From: Mesotaenium endlicherianum
Lineage: Eukaryota
DNA: 64,000 bases
Direction of reading: 5' to 3'
Assembly: GCA_009602735.1 (NCBI GenBank)
Contig: WELA01000694.1
Span: 456,986-520,985 of the forward strand
Part shown: in pieces, positions 62,611 to 64,000 of the stretch
Position numbering within the stretch: the stretch's first letter is position 1
Layout of the letters: every line of letters begins with the position of its first letter
Notes under the pieces: model-generated
The model's input: only the letters and a program-made list of their open reading frames with translations
The model's database searches: none
Told to the model about the DNA's origin: nothing
Position numbers and translations under genes: made by a program

Positions 62611-64000
62611 GTTTTTGTTCCACTTCCTTTCTGCTGGCTGTTCCCACCGAGCTTCTCGTTTCTGCCATGTTTTTTCTGTCCTATAGGTTCTATGTTGTGA
62701 ATGCAAATGAAGTGAGTCACACTTTGTGTTACGCCCTAGACATCACACAGGTGACCACAAAGTTGTGGCACATTGCTTTGAGTTTAAATGATGTTGCGTG
62801 AATACCCACAACACATGCTCCCATTTTGCTTGTCGAGCAATGTGAGCATGAGCATTGTTAGTAAAAGAAGTATACTAGACAAATGAAGCCCAAAAAAATT
62901 CGTCCCAAGCTTTTCTTATTCAAGGGAAGTCTAGGAGACGGTTATATGACGGACTCGTGAAAAGGATCAAGGAGTTAAAATCTGACCATTCTTGATGTAT
63001 ATTAGGAGAGCTTATTTGTCAATTGTGTGAAGTGTTACATGTGCATGATTTGTATCTTCTTTATTCTTTTATTTGACATGTGATGGTTCCAGGATGGACC
63101 CGAGACTTCTTAAAAGCTGGAGGTCTTAATAGTGTTACGGAATGCATTTGTTCCAATGACTTTCAAATGCCCGGTCTAATTTGGTGTGCCATATTAATCC
63201 CGGTTGCTATCTGGTTACAATATGCCCACATGACATCAATCACCTGTAATTGTACCTTGATGCTAACCTTTTGAAAGTGGTCCTTCAATATCGTAATTTG
63301 ACAAGATAGAAACTGCCATTGATTCCTTTACAAGCAATAAAAGTTGCAGGAATTCTATATCAACAGAAATGAATAAGTGTTGCCACCGCTCCATAGAAAC
63401 AAACGTCACCTAGCTTGTGATGTTTACATATTATTACTATACTTTTGGTATGCATTGTAGCGATATAAGTTAGCACATATTAGTTCAATTGCATACTCTG
63501 ATACTTTTGAATATTTGTAGAGTGATTTCGTGTGGATTGAAGTGTGATTAGATGCTCTAGTGACTTGGTTCATGTCCTTTGAAATTATAAGTATGACCTA
63601 GAAGACCTCCATGTGGCGGAACTCAAATATACATTTTTTAGGTCAGAAGGACATACGTACATCATTGTAGAAAGAGGTGCAAGTTTTAGGATGTGTTTTT
63701 GGTGTCCATACATTAACATGCACCTTCCTAGAAATTCCTTGTGTAACAAGGGTATAAACAAGAGCGAGAATATAGAGAGACGTTCTAAAATCTCTCTTCT
63801 ACTTGCCAAGATCAAGAAAGATATTAACTTTCAGATATTAACCATCTTTTACAAAAAAACTACGACTTGTGTTCAGAGGTTCCTGTCTTGAATAGATAAA
63901 ATATCTTATTTGGATGAGTACTTTATCTATCTGTTTCACTACACGCATGCACGCACACAATTACAAACCTCCCGGTTAAGTATGTTACTCATCTGGTCCC

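Overview
Eukaryotic, intron-rich and transposon-dense DNA. The gene and TE repertoire suggests a streptophyte alga or non-seed plant (inference). Host genes: a 10-exon secreted parallel beta-helix protein (+, 16293-21399), a 6-exon type II membrane fucosyltransferase-like enzyme (-, 24132-28088), RPA-interacting protein (+, 58476-62610) and a possible small unknown gene (-, ~55141-57626). Mobile DNA: a decayed Replitron-type HUH endonuclease (~1608-2634), a decayed PIF/Harbinger element (trihelix/Myb gene plus DDE transposase with extra cargo), Mutator-like MITEs, solo LTRs and a young chromovirus. The highlight is a 20-kb Ty3/Gypsy-type element (32617-52869). It encodes a C5 cytosine methyltransferase and a PHD finger, and it has a permuted 'split' LTR layout, A-internal-B-GC-A-B. 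It carries a Tf1-like self-priming site instead of a tRNA PBS. Its integrated ends (TGTCG...CGACA, 4-bp TSD) correspond to a palindrome INSIDE the canonical LTR. This is the layout expected if a 2-LTR circle is integrated through an internal att site. An independent A-B solo copy at 3114-4633 has the same ends and its own 4-bp TSD.
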